This document shows, piece by piece, positions 47,120 through 64,000 of a DNA stretch of 64,000 bases. The stretch comes from Eledone cirrhosa. Lineage: Eukaryota. Both the position numbers and the translations under genes were made by a program. The notes beneath the pieces are model-generated. The model searched no databases and was not told the origin of the DNA. It saw only the letters and a list, made by a program, of their open reading frames with translations. The stretch lies in NCBI GenBank assembly GCA_964016885.1, contig OZ024749.1, positions 47,864,001 through 47,928,000 on the forward strand. Reading direction: 5' to 3'. Within the stretch, counting starts at the first letter, position 1, and every line of letters begins with the position of its first letter.

Positions 47120-48989
47120 TAAAACATCATGTTTCTGGCTTCCTTTTACATTGTTTTATTTTCATTTTACGCGAAAGAAATGTTAAATATCATGAAATGA
47201 TATGGGCAAATAAATATTCTGTTAAGGTTTCTTTACTACTTCCTAAGATATATGTTTCTATTCATTCGTGGTGTGTGACATTTACATCGTCTATTCGTCT
47301 AAAATGTTCAAAAACTTAAATAAATTATCGACATTAAAGTGAATTAAAATATGTACCACCCATTGGAAAAAAAAGTTATTAAAATACCCCGAAACTTATT
47401 TAACTTTTAATGTCAATTTTAAAATTTGCAATATTCCGTCTAAAACGATTAATAGATTCATATTTCCTAATATGGTTTTCATTGATGCGTAAAGAGACAA
47501 AAAATATAAGAATGAAATAAATAAAAAGCAAAGAAAAAAACATTAAATAATAGAAGGAAAGGCAGAAACGGAAGGAAAATAGCAGAAAGGAAAAAATTAA
47601 TTGAGAAAACAAACAGTCAAAAAGAGAAAAGACTGACAGATGTGAGAAGGATAAGATAGCGTTGCGGAGAGTCAATGCACAGAGACAATACCGACAAATC
47701 AGAACGTTTTTTTTTTTTAAAGTTGCTGATTTTAAATAAAGAATATAAAATGAAAAATGAGAAAATATTGAAAGGTTAAATCAGAAAAAAAGTTTGAGAT
47801 AGAGATAGTTGTAAAGACGGAACAGCAGATAACGAAACGGAAAGAAGAAAAGGAAGAGAAACAAGAGCGATATAGTATTGGAAGTGGCTGACTGGAGCAA
47901 GTGATGAATAAAGTAAAAATAGAACCTAGAAAAATATTTTGTCTGTTTGTATCTTTCTTTGAATCAGCAACAAAAAGAGATTGTTGTAAACATATTAAAG
48001 AATTATGAAGAGGTTGGATAATAAGATAATAATACGGAAGAAATAATATTACTTACAGGTGAACTTTGCAAATTGATAAATAGGTATCTTAAGAGGTAAA
48101 TGGACGAATTATTGATACAAATCTTCAGAGAGAGGCAAAGAAAAACGATAGAGGTAAATTTACATGACACGTTATGAAAGTACATTAATTAAAAGAAAAC
48201 CATTTGTTAACTTTAACTGAGAAAGATTATTAGAGATAAAGTGACAAAGACAACGGTGAGAAACATACACCAGATGGATTAATGGTTGTTAAACCAAGGG
48301 TTTATCATATTTGATTTTGTTTAAATCAAGGAAGTGGTTGAAGTTGGGGTGAAATGAGATACCTAACAACTGTAAGAGATACGCTTGGAAAAAAAATAGC
48401 GATCGGTGAAAAAAAGAAGACAGGGTAGTTTATGAGAGAGAGAAAGAAAGAGAGAAGGAGAGCCATATATAGAAAGAGAGAGAGGTGAGAGAGAGAGAAA
48501 GAGAAGAATGTAGAAATGCATGAGTAAAAAGTTATAGGAAATATTGTAGCATCAGCTGAATGGAATCAGTAACAAAGGACGTGAAGTTACCAAAGCAGAA
48601 AATTAAGAATAAAATGAGCTATGATTGTAATAGTGTTATTGAAGCGTCGATAAATAAGTTGAAGAACAGTTCAAATTCACAGATTTAAGTACATAAGAGG
48701 TGAAGTATAAACACACACATACCACGGAAAAGCACAAACAATAAACGTATACACATTGACAGAAACTCTCTTACACACAAACACACACTAGCATAGGCGT
48801 AGTAGCGTACCCAAACAAGTATACGCCAACATATACACATTATCAGAGATGAATGCATAATTCATAGATACGTATGGAAGGACAAACACACAGATATGGC
48901 ATGATACACTGACTCTCATTCAGGTAAAAAATAAATGACCATATACAAGCATACATACAAGTGTCAGTATGTATCTGTACGTAAATAGA

Positions 48990-49102
48990 CATATATATAT
49001 ATATGTATATATATACATATATATATTTACATATATATATATATGTATATATATACATATATATATTTTTACATATATATATATATACATATATACATAG
49101 AT

Positions 49103-49150
<48 letters not shown>

Positions 49151-49482
49151 ATATACATATATATACACATATATATATATATACATATATATACACATAT
49201 ATATATATATACATATATATACACATATATATATATACATATATATACACATATATATACACATATATATATATATACATATATATACACACATATATAT
49301 ATATACATATATATACACATATATATATATATACATATATATACACACATATATATATATACATATATATACACATATATATACACATATATATATATAC
49401 ATATATATACACACATATATATATATACATATATATACATATATATATATATATACATATATATACACATATATATATACGC

Positions 49483-49560
<78 letters not shown>

Positions 49561-49666
49561 TTACATATATATATATATATATTTACATATATATATATAC
49601 ATATATATACACATATATATATATACATATATATACACATATATATATACACATATATATATATAC

Positions 49667-49711
<45 letters not shown>

Positions 49712-49905
49712 CACATATATATACATATATATATACACATATATATATACACATATATATATATATACATATATATATTTACATATATTTATATATATAT
49801 ACATATACATATATATACATATATATATATACACATATATATATACACATATATATATATATACATATATATATATTTACATATATATATATATATATAC
49901 ATACA

Positions 49906-49937
<32 letters not shown>

Positions 49938-49950
49938 CATATATACATAC

Positions 49951-49982
<32 letters not shown>

Positions 49983-50011
49983 TTACATATATATATATAT
50001 ATATATATATT

Positions 50012-50079
<68 letters not shown>

Positions 50080-50090
50080 CATATATATAC

Positions 50091-50173
<83 letters not shown>

Positions 50174-50179
50174 AATATA

Positions 50180-50210
<31 letters not shown>

Positions 50211-50310
50211 GTAAATATATATATATGTATATATATATATATGTGTATATATATATGCGTATATATATGTATATATATATATGTGTATATATATATGTAT
50301 ATATATATAC

Positions 50311-50362
<52 letters not shown>

Positions 50363-50420
50363 ATATACATATATATATATACATACATATATACACACAC
50401 ATATATATAAATATATATAT
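48990..50420. repeat. 1.4-kb compound (TA)n/CA microsatellite
   Basis: Seen directly; interruption polarity flips from CA to TG near 50120. Confidence 0.95.
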
Positions 50421-51374
50421 ATGTGTTTGTGTGTGTGGTGTTTATGTGTGAGTATTTGTTTTTGTGTTTGTATACATATATATATAAACATTGAGAGAGA
50501 GAGAGATAGATAGATCGATGCATAAACATATGTAAATGTATATGTGTGTTTCTGTGTGTACGTTTGTGACGGTCTAAGTATATGTGCATCATCGTTTTTT
50601 TCTTTTCCTTTCTTTTTTTTTGCGTGTGTTATATGCGCTCTAGAATAAAGTTTAACATGAAAGATGACAGGCAGAAAAAACAAAAATCTCCTCACCACCA
50701 AATCAAAGAAAACATAACAAGATTGTATAGTCTATTACGAAATCAACAAAACGTGTTATGAAACACTTGGTATCGAAATGACAAAAATCATTGGTTTGGA
50801 AGAATAGTTAATCAAGATTTTCCTTCCTTTATAATAATACCATTATCACAAGGAAGTATGAACGTGAAACCGTAATAGAAAATTAGAATAGAAAATGTGT
50901 GTATATATATACAGCTTTCATACGTTTCTCTATACATACATGTATATATCTTTATGCATATAAATATATATGTATATATATATATACATATATATGCATA
51001 TATTTAATACGTTAACAGAGACATATTTAAGCAATACTCCGACCGACTTCCGTCTCACTCAACAAACATTAGGATATTCCTTAGTATAATCCCAATTATA
51101 CGTCTGGGGTGCTAACTATACGTATTTTGCGGATAGCCAGTTGTATTATTTTATATGAGACATAATTAAATACATCCCTCTTTCTAAACGATGTTTTCAT
51201 TATAAGTTTTGTACAAGTTTGGAGAATAATGTCCAGGTTATGTAGAAGCCTACACATAGTCTATAGGAAAAGTATGCAGGTGGGCACTTATAAATCATCA
51301 GTGGATGCCTAGCAATATCGATATAAAAAAAAAAACCTACCGATATTAATATTCAGCGATGGTACCCGTCAGTG

Positions 51375-51407
<33 letters not shown>

Positions 51408-51410
<3 letters not shown>

Positions 51411-52500
51411 TGCTTCGGGCTCACCACCACTGACATACACCAACTCCTATCCATCGTCGACGACAACTCATGCTTCGGATTCCTTGATCAAACATACCAG
51501 CAAACCTCGGGACTGCTCATGGACTCAAGCTTGTCATACATGGACAGCCTCGAGCGCAAGGCACTCAACGCCTGCCACCCCAACGCCGTCGCCTTTTTCT
51601 CAAGGTACGTGGACGATATCCTCATCCTCACATCTTCCCAAGACATGGCGAACTGAATCTATGAGACGTTCAACAACACGGACGAGAACATTGACATCAG
51701 TGTTGAACACCCCAAAGACGACGGTTCACTTGCCCTCATCGACTTCCGAATCAACATCACGGAACAGGGAGGGATCCACTGCATCTTCCACCGAAAGGCA
51801 GCCTGCAGGGACCTGTTCGACCACTACAACTCCCCCCTCCCTAACAGTGCCAAAAGAGGATACATCACGAACGAGATCGCGCGAATTAAAGACAGATGCA
51901 GCGATCCCGCGAGTGGTGTTACTCATAACAAGCGATTCCTCGAGGTGCTTGAGACGAACGGGTACCCTACCTCGCTCACAGACAGAGTATGAGACACCAG
52001 ACACAAGAGACAGAGAGGCACCCAAGGCAAGTGCTTCCTTAAAATACCACACCTGAGCGAGAATACCACCAACGCTATCCGCAATGCTATACGGAGGGAG
52101 GGCCCCGACACGCTCCCTGCGAAGATGCCTCTCCAGGAAACCCTGGAAATAAACTGACATGTGATCTCTCGGAGACTGCCCGATGCGCCATGCGAATTGT
52201 TGCCTACGCACATACGTCGTTTATAAGATAGAATGTAACAAGTGCAACCAATACTATATAGGTAGCACAGTCCGGCCGCTGCACATCCGGATCACGGAGC
52301 ACACTAACACCAGGGCCTCGTCTTTCCGGAAACACAATGCCAAATGCGGAAACAAAGACGGAACGCCCATTGTCACAATTCTAGCGACAGAAAGAAACGT
52401 CGGCACATAACGGATCAAGGAAGCACTTTGGATCAAATGCCTAGGTCCACAAATAAACAAACGATCCGTGAGAAGTGAAATGATGTGGTTGGTTTAGTAA
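51408..52500 (+). pseudogene. Penelope-like RT (C-terminal half) + GIY-YIG endonuclease, disrupted
   Basis: YQQTSGLLMDSSLS..YMDSLE..FFSRYVDDILIL, then VEHP..GSLALIDF..HRK; VVYKIECNKCNQYYIGSTVRPLHIRITEH..IKEALWI..P.INK; in-frame stops. Confidence 0.9.
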
Positions 52501-53203
52501 ACAAACGATGCAGCAACACATGCACACACACACAAGCGAGACAGCAGCACACGCACACACACACACACACAGAGTAGCATTCCACCATACGAATATACTA
52601 CACTGCCAATACAGACGAACAAGGCAACAACACACGCTCACACACACACACTCAAGCGAGACAACAACACACGCACACACACACACACAGTAACATTCAC
52701 CAAACAGGCAGAGAATACTATGGACTGACAGCTAGCGCCACCCCACACCCACAATTGAAATCAATATTTCGGCCACCGACCTCTGCTTGACGGACCCCAT
52801 TTCACGCGCACGCGCGTTCTGCTGACTACCTCAGATGTTCAAAACAATGAACAGCGGAGGACATTTTTCAACCTTTCCGACAAACAACATTTCAGCCCCC
52901 ACCCCCGTAAAAAACCCCAGTTGATGGATGTGAATTCGAAATATATAGGGACAATTAAATCTCTCCCAAGATAACTCTATCTCGTGTTATTATTGTTATC
53001 GTTTACGCTCTTTCCTACAGTCTTCTACACGCTACATTCTTCTACACGCTACACATCTCAACGTACACTCACTTACATCTCTCTTTCCCCCACAGGATCT
53101 TGTAACCCGGAGATTTGCCCATATGCATTGTCGAGGCTTCCAAAACGTGTTAAAGGAATATACCTTATTATTCCAAAAGGCTTCAAGCAAACTTCAATAA
53201 TCT

Positions 53204-53205
<2 letters not shown>
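51408..53205 (+). mobile_element. 5'-truncated Penelope-like element including probable 3' UTR/pLTR
   Basis: GC-richer block bounded by (TA)n at 51376-51407 and 53206-53247; UTR has a ~125-bp CA-rich duplication (52510-52720). Confidence 0.7.
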
Positions 53206-53262
<57 letters not shown>

Positions 53263-55241
53263 TTGAAATAAAAAAAATATCGACTTTATAAAGATAATAG
53301 AAATATGTGATTGTATGAATTTCGTTGTTGACTGTAAATATATGGATACATGTTTAAACTGCGAAAAGTACATAAATAAATGTTAAGCTTTCAAGAAACA
53401 AATAACATTATAGTATCTATATAAAAAAAAATGCCATGAAAACCATAAAGCACACCCTCCCCAACAAAGAATCTATTTACTTCAATTGAAATATAGTGTG
53501 TGCGCTAAAATAAATATTTTAACCTCTGAAAGCACATGTAACATAACTCAAGTGGAGAGTTAGCAAAACATAACTAATATTAAAAAAGGAATACGGAAAA
53601 TAAGAAAAAAACAATAGCGGAATATAACCTCATTTACATTGAAAATGGTAATATCAACAACAGCATACCAACAATGTTTTTTTTTAACATGGTTGTCCGG
53701 AATTTTAGAAATAGCAGCCAGTTGTGTCAGTAAATCACAACAAGCAATACACGTTTAGAATTGCAAGATATTACATTCAATTTGACTATTGAAATACTTG
53801 TGACTCAGCTAGATAAATTGAAGTTGGTGTATTATAATAAGACCTTAAAATATTTATGACATAGGAGAGTAACTATGGGGAGATTTGTGCTTCGAAATGT
53901 CAGCATATCATTGATTCTTGGACTGGTGTAGGAAGTTGAACATGTTTCATAATGTATATGGTAGGGACATATGCGCGTAAGTTAAAAGCTGAGAGCAAAA
54001 TAAAATATAAATGTTCAGTATATATATGGCTGAGTTTATTAACACTTCACCCGGATTGCTCTAATGGCGGTATGCTATGTTATATATGCTTGTTCTCACT
54101 TATCATAATTATACAATGCGGTTTACTTTATAGATACGTATTTGCTGTGAGAAGTTGAATTGCCTGTTCCTAAAAAGAAGTGAGGAGTGTTTAACAACGA
54201 ACACATTTTTCAACGATCCAATGAGCATGTTCCTATATATTGATACCAAATTGGCAATGGAGGTGAAACATACTTCACACATGCGGTCTTGAGAAAAGGC
54301 TATGGTGTTGTGTACCCGGTATATGATGTCTAAAGACAACGGCTTGTATTTGTTTAAATGCTCTTAGAAACTTCCTTTAACAATAAAAAAGTTATGTATC
54401 GCAATCAATAGATACATCCTTAACTTCATTTAGCATTTCAGATTCTACCTACTGAAATAATAAGTAAACATTATAGTACTTTGAGGGCGTTTATAGTTCG
54501 AGATCAAAGTATATTTCAATGTTGATTCAAACACTAAAACAAAATATGTGCAGGACATACAAAATGGTTTAGGCAATCATCTATGATAAAGAGAATTCCA
54601 GACAGGACGAAAAGATCTACATAAAGCCAGAGAACTTGAAGCAACTCATCACGTTGTTCTTTCTTTTTAAGGAAGTGCAATATGATTAACGCGGGATTTT
54701 TTTTTTTTTTTTTTTTTGTTCTTTTTTCCTGTAGAGCAAGCGATCACCGAGACGTTTTCTCTCTGGAGGTACATAAGCGGACTCTCAGTATAGTACTGCA
54801 GACAAGAACATCGACGGTTTTCCTTCGAAAATAAAAAAAATATGGCATTAAATTTCAATGAGAGAATAGGATCCAGCGTTATGTGCTCTGAGTTCAAATT
54901 AAAGTTGAATAGGGTTTTGCTAGCGCCGATTTACTCAATTATAGTCATCCTAAATTTTCAGGCCTATATTAATATGATATATTCATATTATTATGATCAA
55001 TGATGTAACGCATATTGTTTGTTTGTTTTTAGACAAAGATAAAACAACGAAAACCAAAATTTAATTAAAGGAATAACGTCTATTGCAATAACAATAAAAC
55101 CAATATCAAGGGGAACAAATAATAAATATAGAGTGATTGAGAAACAAACAAACAAAAAAGACAGAGAGAGAGAGTACGCACACGCAAAATGAATTTAGAC
55201 AAGCCTACACATGTATACACAAAACACATTACATACATCCA

Positions 55242-55295
<54 letters not shown>

Positions 55296-55330
55296 TCTCT
55301 CTATCTATCTCTCTCTCTCTCCCCCTCTCG

Positions 55331-55363
<33 letters not shown>

Positions 55364-55425
55364 CAGAGAAAGAGAGAGAGAGAGAGAGAGTGAGAGGGAC
55401 AGACAGATGTGTGTGTCTGTGTGTC

Positions 55426-55460
<35 letters not shown>

Positions 55461-56188
55461 GAATTAAAATGTCGCATCTCATATTGAGAAAGCCAAGTAA
55501 TTCTATGGGGTATTGGTATGAAAATAAAATGCTGAATCACGTATAAATAAGAAGCGATAATAATGCTAATATGATATGAAACATAATAAAAATTACAAAA
55601 GATATAGAACATAACAAACGAAAACACGTAAACTGAATTAAAATCACATAAAATTAAAATTAAATCGTATATAAACTGACACACGTACAGACAAACATAT
55701 ATACATACATAAGTAGATACATATATAAAAATACATAAATGCATATACATAAATTAATACATGAATATATATATACATTTATACACATACATACATTCTT
55801 ACATACAAGTCTACACTCACAAACACGTATAGACATATATGTATAGCCTATTGAAATGAACTAATATTGGAAAAAGTAATGAAAGGTATAATAATATCAA
55901 TAAATATCACAGAAAATATTTGTTTACAACTTCATTAAATATTCAGTTGTTGAAATATTGAATGTGTAAGAAAATAGATTAGAATTAAGAAGGAAAAGAA
56001 GAAAAAGGTTTTACTTTAATAGTAATATTACAACTTACAACAAACAAAATATTTCTCTAGCTTTACGTGAGAGCATTTCTTATGAGATTGTAGCAGTTCA
56101 TATTTGGACTTATTAATTTGTATGTTAGTGTATGTGCACTCAACCGAAGCACACACGTATAACTAGATAATAAGAAACACATACACAT

Positions 56189-56266
<78 letters not shown>

Positions 56267-56734
56267 CTGTAGTTCGTACGAATATACAACAATGTAAATA
56301 TGCGTTCACATCATAATATATATATATTTATATATATGGACGCGGGGGGGGGGGGGATATGAACGTGTACTTAATAACAATTCTCTATATTTATAATAAA
56401 ATAACATATTAAGCAAATTATAAATTTTGTGCTCTTTCTCGAAAATAAATCAGTTATATATTTAAAGAAATATTAATTGCAACTTTGCGACGTAGTTTGC
56501 TGTAAATAATCATGTTTCCATTATTGGTTTCACCCTGACCTTCGACTTGTTCATGAAAGGATTTTGACGAAAATAATAGACTGGTCATTCGCAGTGTCTA
56601 GCAGAAGCCTAACGTAAAACATATTCATTGATGTGCCCAAATAAAGGCTCCGAGAACATCTCAAACTCAGATGCAGATACAAGATAACGTCTAATACATG
56701 CCTGAATATATATATATATATATATATATATAAG

Positions 56735-57115
56735 GAGTGTAATGTGTAGTTATTGTAGGTTCACCCAGGTGAGCACTTGATGCGTAGATTGATGTCTGTA
56801 ACAAGGTGTAGAGCTAAACAGTTTGTAAATATAATAATACAATGATGATTTGTTGTCTTCATTACATTTAATGAGCGGTGACGCACGTTTTCCTATTGAT
56901 CAGCTCAAGGTTTGATATGTATCGATCTGGCCCGAATCTGGAATAATGACATTATCGCAGCAGAGGTCCGACGAGCTTTTCATTCCAGTATCGGGCCAGA
57001 TCGATACAGATCGAACCTTCAACTGATCAATAGCGAAAGGCACGTCACCACTCAATAAACGTAAATCCTGGTATCAGTTAATTTTTCTCCCTCTACTTTT
57101 CTTGCACTCTCGTGT
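56735..57115. mobile_element. Fold-back element, family F, with decayed HHR
   Basis: Arms ~56870-56946 and ~56983-57058. Plus strand GGT-CCGACGA-GCT...AGC-GAAA-GGCAC-GTC-ACC at 56965-57049. Confidence 0.6.
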
Positions 57116-57116
57116 C

Positions 57117-57149
<33 letters not shown>

Positions 57150-57154
57150 ATTCT

Positions 57155-57522
57155 TTCATTATTGTTCCTGAGATATATGCCGAGTGTCTTCCTGACACCT
57201 AGGGCAAATACATTCACAGTGTGCATTGGTAAGCCAGTTAATACAGCACATTGATTATAATAAAAAACATTTAAAAAAACGGTATACATATATACATATG
57301 TGCACATGCATATGTAAATACAAGGAGGGATATCAAGCTTACAGAGATAGTGCTCTTCTCAATACGTGTGCAGTACCAGTCAAAACAATGTTGTGCACCT
57401 CGTGCAGAGAGGGTAAACCAGGAATCATTCGAAAATATTGTTCTGTTCCTTTCTAGATCATTCCCAGTTCTCCCACAATCACTGGTATTGTAACGGCCTT
57501 GAGGTGCCACATTTTCTCAATT
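57155..57522 (-). mobile_element. R4/Dong-type 3' end (second subfamily) between (TAA)n tracts
   Basis: Minus strand IEKMWHLKAVTIPVIVGELGMI*KG..IPGLPSLHEVHNIVLTGTAHVLRRALSL*. Confidence 0.75.
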
Positions 57523-57525
57523 ATG

Positions 57526-57568
<43 letters not shown>

Positions 57569-57569
57569 G

Positions 57570-57736
57570 AGTACGCATAGAGTTACGGTCATGCTTTCTA
57601 GCATAGTTACGTCCCTTTATGGTCTGAGTTCAAATCCCGTCGAGATTAACTTTGCCTTTCATCCTTACGGGGTCGATAATATAAAGTACCAGTAATGCAC
57701 TGGGTAATTGATGGCCATGTGCCAATAGTAGAAACA

Positions 57737-57740
<4 letters not shown>
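57570..57740 (+). mobile_element. 5'-truncated SINE, same family, with (TTA)n tail
   Basis: GAGTTCAAATCCC...GCCTTTCATCCTTACGGGGTCGATAATATAAAGTACCAG...AGAAAC. Confidence 0.85.
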
Positions 57741-59494
<1,754 letters not shown>

Positions 59495-59520
59495 TTATAT
59501 ATTTATATATATATATACAC

Positions 59521-59676
59521 AGATTGATTTTTTTTGTTTCAGAATATCCCGTTGAGGGTGAAAGCAGCTTAAACTTTAATCTGTTGTCTTAATAAATATT
59601 TGCTCTAGGGTTCTTATATATTTGATATATATTTAACCTTATCGAGCAGTCTTTGGATGTTACTCTTCAAATTTAT
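59521..59676 (+). mobile_element. Solo pLTR 3' end of the same Penelope family
   Basis: Reverse complement aligns to 18853-19017; fold GTTT-CAGAATA-TCCC..GGGT-GAAA-GCAGC-TT-AAAC at 59536-59574. Confidence 0.75.
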
Positions 59677-59931
59677 TGTTATTACTATATATATATATCA
59701 CGATAACGCGATATATATATATATCGTTTCTGAATTTGTTTAGCAAGATTCTTTATCTGAAAACGTGTGTTGAAACCGATATGGTTATACTTTGGGAGGG
59801 TCATGTTGCCAATAAGAAACACACGCACTAGTGCTTTCACTTCAATTTATTATAATAAATTTATAAATTCAGGAATTTATAAATTTCCGGTTGGTTGGTT
59901 GGTTCCACAACCAGATGATTGTTTATATATT

Positions 59932-59974
59932 GTCAAAGTTATTTCGCCACACATTATGTAACCTCTTCAGTGAC
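59932..59974 (-). ncRNA. Minimal hammerhead-like motif
   Basis: Minus strand: GTCA-CTGAAGA-G-GTTACAT-AAT-GTGTGGC-GAAA-TAAC-TT-TGAC. Stem I 4 bp, G-U-rich stem II, stem III nearly absent. Confidence 0.45.
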
Positions 59975-60901
59975 GAGATTATTTTCTTTGTTTTTGTGCC
60001 TCTCCTTTGTTCTTTCCTACGCCATTTTTGTTCTGTCCTACGCCATATATAAGCATGTATGAGTGGATATATGTTATATGTATATATGAATGTGAATACG
60101 GTATGTATATTTAGAGGTGGACATTACAGATGTACTCAATATGTTTGAATAGTATATGCATATATGTCTTGTCAGAGAAATGATGATTCATGACGATTTC
60201 TTACGAATGAAATAGTTCTATCCTGTAGAAATCATATTATACCATTCTATACTATACCATGTGTGTGTGTGTATTTACGTATGAGTTTTTGTATAAAAAT
60301 ACATCTAGCAGCATACACACATACACACACACACAACACACACACACATGTATATATATATATAGAGAGAGACAACATATAATTGTATCCCTATGTGTAT
60401 ATCTGAATATGAGCGTGTGTCCATGTGTGAGCACGCGTGTCTATGTATGTATAAACTTATTGCTTCTTTAATCTCTACAGACCAAACAAATAAACATTTC
60501 TTTTTAGTTTTCGGACTTCTCTATTTCAAGCATTATATCTGCAATGACAGTTTCAGTTTACTGAAGAATTATTGCATCAGCTATAATGCCGATACCATTA
60601 TTGGATTCTTTACAAGACAAAGGGATAATAACAGACAGAAACTTTTGTTGGTTTCAAAATTCTATTTTAGTAATTCTATTTTAGTATGCTTTCAGTTTTA
60701 TTTCACGTTGAAAATTATGCTTTGAAGAATTGTAAGAGAATAGCGTAAAATGTGTAGAACTTTTTCAGGTGGGAAATATATCAATGTAGTGTGGGTGTTT
60801 ACATAAAAAATCTTTAAACTTCTTTACATAGATAGAATTGTGGCACGAGATATTTATGTATTATCAAATTTAATGGGGGTCACATATGTATATGCAAATG
60901 G

Positions 60902-60975
<74 letters not shown>

Positions 60976-61161
60976 GAATACGGAATTCACTGAATTTAAT
61001 TCGGAGATCACTGGCCTCAGCTCACACTTTCAATGAAATAAAAAGTACATATATATATATTATATATATTAATATATATATATCGTTTTCAGAAGTTACA
61101 ATTTATATTTCACACATACACACACACATACACACACACACATACATACACGCACACACAT

Positions 61162-61200
<39 letters not shown>

Positions 61201-62133
61201 TGTGTGTGCGCGTTCAGACTTGTCTGCGTTTAGACGTGTGTGCCGTTCACACGTGTATTTACGTAAAAGTCATTATGTGTGTACCATATTAAAAATAATT
61301 TCTTATGTTTCTGTTACTATGCCGTTAGTATGCGGACTGTTTATACCTAGTTTAGTGAGTCTAGATTTAGCTTTAGTTTTTTTAGAATATTCTACAATTT
61401 CCTTTGCGGGCGACATTATACATGACTGTCTGTATAAAATGATGTATGTATACATGAAACTATCTATCATCATCTCTCTTTTTCTATATCTATTCACGAG
61501 GCGTATCTGTGTGTGTCGGGTTAAACTCAGTTAATAAAGCTAATTAATACGTTGATAGAGTAAGTGTATTACAAATTTATTTAATATAGAAATCATTTCT
61601 ACAATAATAGAACTGTTTCATTCGTATGAAATCATCCTGTATTTTGACAAGTAGTGACATCTCTGATTTTATGTCGAATACGAATTATCTAAGCTTATCC
61701 TTCACATTGCTAAATTCATGCATGACACTATTATTCCTTATGAGCGGAACACCTAAAACCTCGCACTGTTTAACGTCAACAGTTCTTTCCGTGTTGCACT
61801 TAGCGGGATCCATTCTGCTAAAAGCATCCAGTCACTTTCCAAACAATCCTCTTTAATCTCACTAAACATTCAAAAACAACAACAACAATAAGAACAACTG
61901 CAGCTGCTAATACTACTACTAATAGCATTACTATTGCTACTACTGCTAATGGTGATGATGACGATGCTTCTACTGCTGGTTCCGCCGCTGCAACTAAAAG
62001 AAAGAGACATGTTTATAGATATGCTGTATAAATTTCCCCCCACTGTTTTGGAAACACATATTGCACTAAATCCGCCGTTGATTCTTATTCTTTCTCTACT
62101 GCTCTTTATCACCCATATATATATATAAAGATT

Positions 62134-62320
62134 CATGACCCCTGCGGATGAGCTCTGGCCGTTTCGAGAGATAGATCCGAACTATTTCGGATCTAGATGT
62201 CGAAAAGACCGGAGCGCAGCAAACGGGTTTCTGATTATTTTCATATTACCCACACCACTACCCTAAGTATCGAATACTCTGGTGGTTTATGGTCCACCTA
62301 GCTTTTTACAATACCCTATC
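62134..62320. mobile_element. Fold-back hairpin element related to family C
   Basis: ATGACCCC..GAGCTCTGGCCGTTTCGA..TAGATCCGAA/TTCGGATCTA..TCGAAAAGACCGGAGC. Tail tatcgaatactctggtggtttatggtcc resembles the reverse complement of 27775-27815. Confidence 0.6.
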
Positions 62321-62724
62321 TGAAATACATATATATTGTATTAAGAGATTTTGCCGTATCTTTGACTAAATAAAATATAAGCAGCATAGGTAAGATATAT
62401 CACCAGGACATTCATCTTCAAAATAAATGTTTCCATTCCATATATATAGCGAGATAGAACTATATTATCAATTATCAAGGGAGACTAGAGAATTAAACTT
62501 ATCGAATGGAATTGCCATCTATTAAGTGAAGGGAACATCTCAATGCATTCTATATAATATGTATATAGGTTTAAAGAAGAATATATATTAGCGTGGAAGT
62601 GTGGTTTTTACCTATAAATGCAGAGCGAATATATATATTAATATATATATAATTGCCTCAAGATAGAAAATCACATTTTGGTTACATGAGACTATATATA
62701 TATATATATAGATAGATATATATA

Positions 62725-62834
<110 letters not shown>

Positions 62835-63074
62835 GAGATATATATATTAATAGAAATATTGACGTTTTTCTCATTCTCGAACTAATTTCATTTCTAATAT
62901 TCAACACAATTTATTTTTGAGTAGTAGTTACTAATGTACGTGACTGGCGAATACATATTTGAACCACAATTATGTTCAGGAATCATTGGAGATTATAGAG
63001 GTTACCGTATGAAATATATTTACAACATATTTCTTCTTGTTAAAAAGCTAAAAAGGATGGTATTTCAAATCATA

Positions 63075-63101
63075 TATGTATATATACATACATATATATG
63101 T

Positions 63102-63196
<95 letters not shown>

Positions 63197-63202
63197 CATA
63201 TA

Positions 63203-63238
<36 letters not shown>

Positions 63239-63245
63239 CATATAA

Positions 63246-63290
<45 letters not shown>

Positions 63291-63296
63291 CATATA

Positions 63297-63336
<40 letters not shown>

Positions 63337-63351
63337 CATATACATATACAG

Positions 63352-63382
<31 letters not shown>

Positions 63383-63392
63383 AATACATATA

Positions 63393-63462
<70 letters not shown>

Positions 63463-63478
63463 TATATATATAAATATA

Positions 63479-63536
<58 letters not shown>

Positions 63537-63712
63537 TATATATATATATGTATATATATATATGTACATATATATATACATAAATATATGTACATATATA
63601 TAAACATATATATGTACATATATATATATAAATATATGTACATATATATATACATATATATGTACACATATATATATATATATATAAATATATGTACATA
63701 TATATATACATA

Positions 63713-63786
<74 letters not shown>

Positions 63787-63964
63787 TATATATATACATA
63801 TATATATATATATGTACATATATATATACATAAATATATGTACATATATATAAACATATATATGTACATATATATATATAAATATATGTACATATATATA
63901 TACATATATATGTACATATATATATATATATATATATAAATATATGTACATATATATATACATA

Positions 63965-64000
<36 letters not shown>
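63075..64000. repeat. TGTACA(TA)n compound microsatellite with a 250-bp higher-order duplication
   Basis: Block taaatatatgtacatatatataaacatatatatgtaca starts at 63581 and 63831. Confidence 0.93.

Noticed and set aside
52895-52960. GAAATATATAGGG downstream of the plus-strand Penelope ORF
   Set aside because: Position fits a pLTR ribozyme but no CUGANGA box can be found.
54700-54830. Strong polypyrimidine-AG followed by a short possible plus-strand exon (similar case at 16420-16476)
   Set aside because: Poly-T could be a retroposed tail; weak splice partners and no recognisable peptide.

Overview
AT-rich, microsatellite-saturated animal genomic DNA with one 200-bp N gap (31321-31520). The SINE sequences suggest a cephalopod (Octopus-like) genome; this is inference. 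Almost all listed ORFs are translations of (TA)n/(CA)n/(GA)n/triplet repeats, and I cannot support any intact host gene. Recognisable content: two decayed Penelope-like elements (RT + GIY-YIG, 20045-21346 minus and 51408-52500 plus), R4/Dong-type non-LTR fragments stacked in (TAA)n tracts, RTE-like LINE relics, about 7 tRNA-derived SINE copies, and a 1.7-kb non-autonomous Helitron. The main discovery is a high density (roughly 18-20, intact to decayed) of type I hammerhead-ribozyme (HHR) folds, mostly with palindromic stem III, in several unrelated short non-coding repeat families. One family is a ~520-nt monomer present as two >1-unit tandem copies in different circular phases (14345-15040 plus; 25041-25746 minus, with two HHRs exactly 525 nt apart). 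That is the signature expected of a retrozyme-like circular-RNA retroelement. Other families form fold-back palindromes carrying HHR folds on both strands. All folds were read by eye; none was computed or tested.
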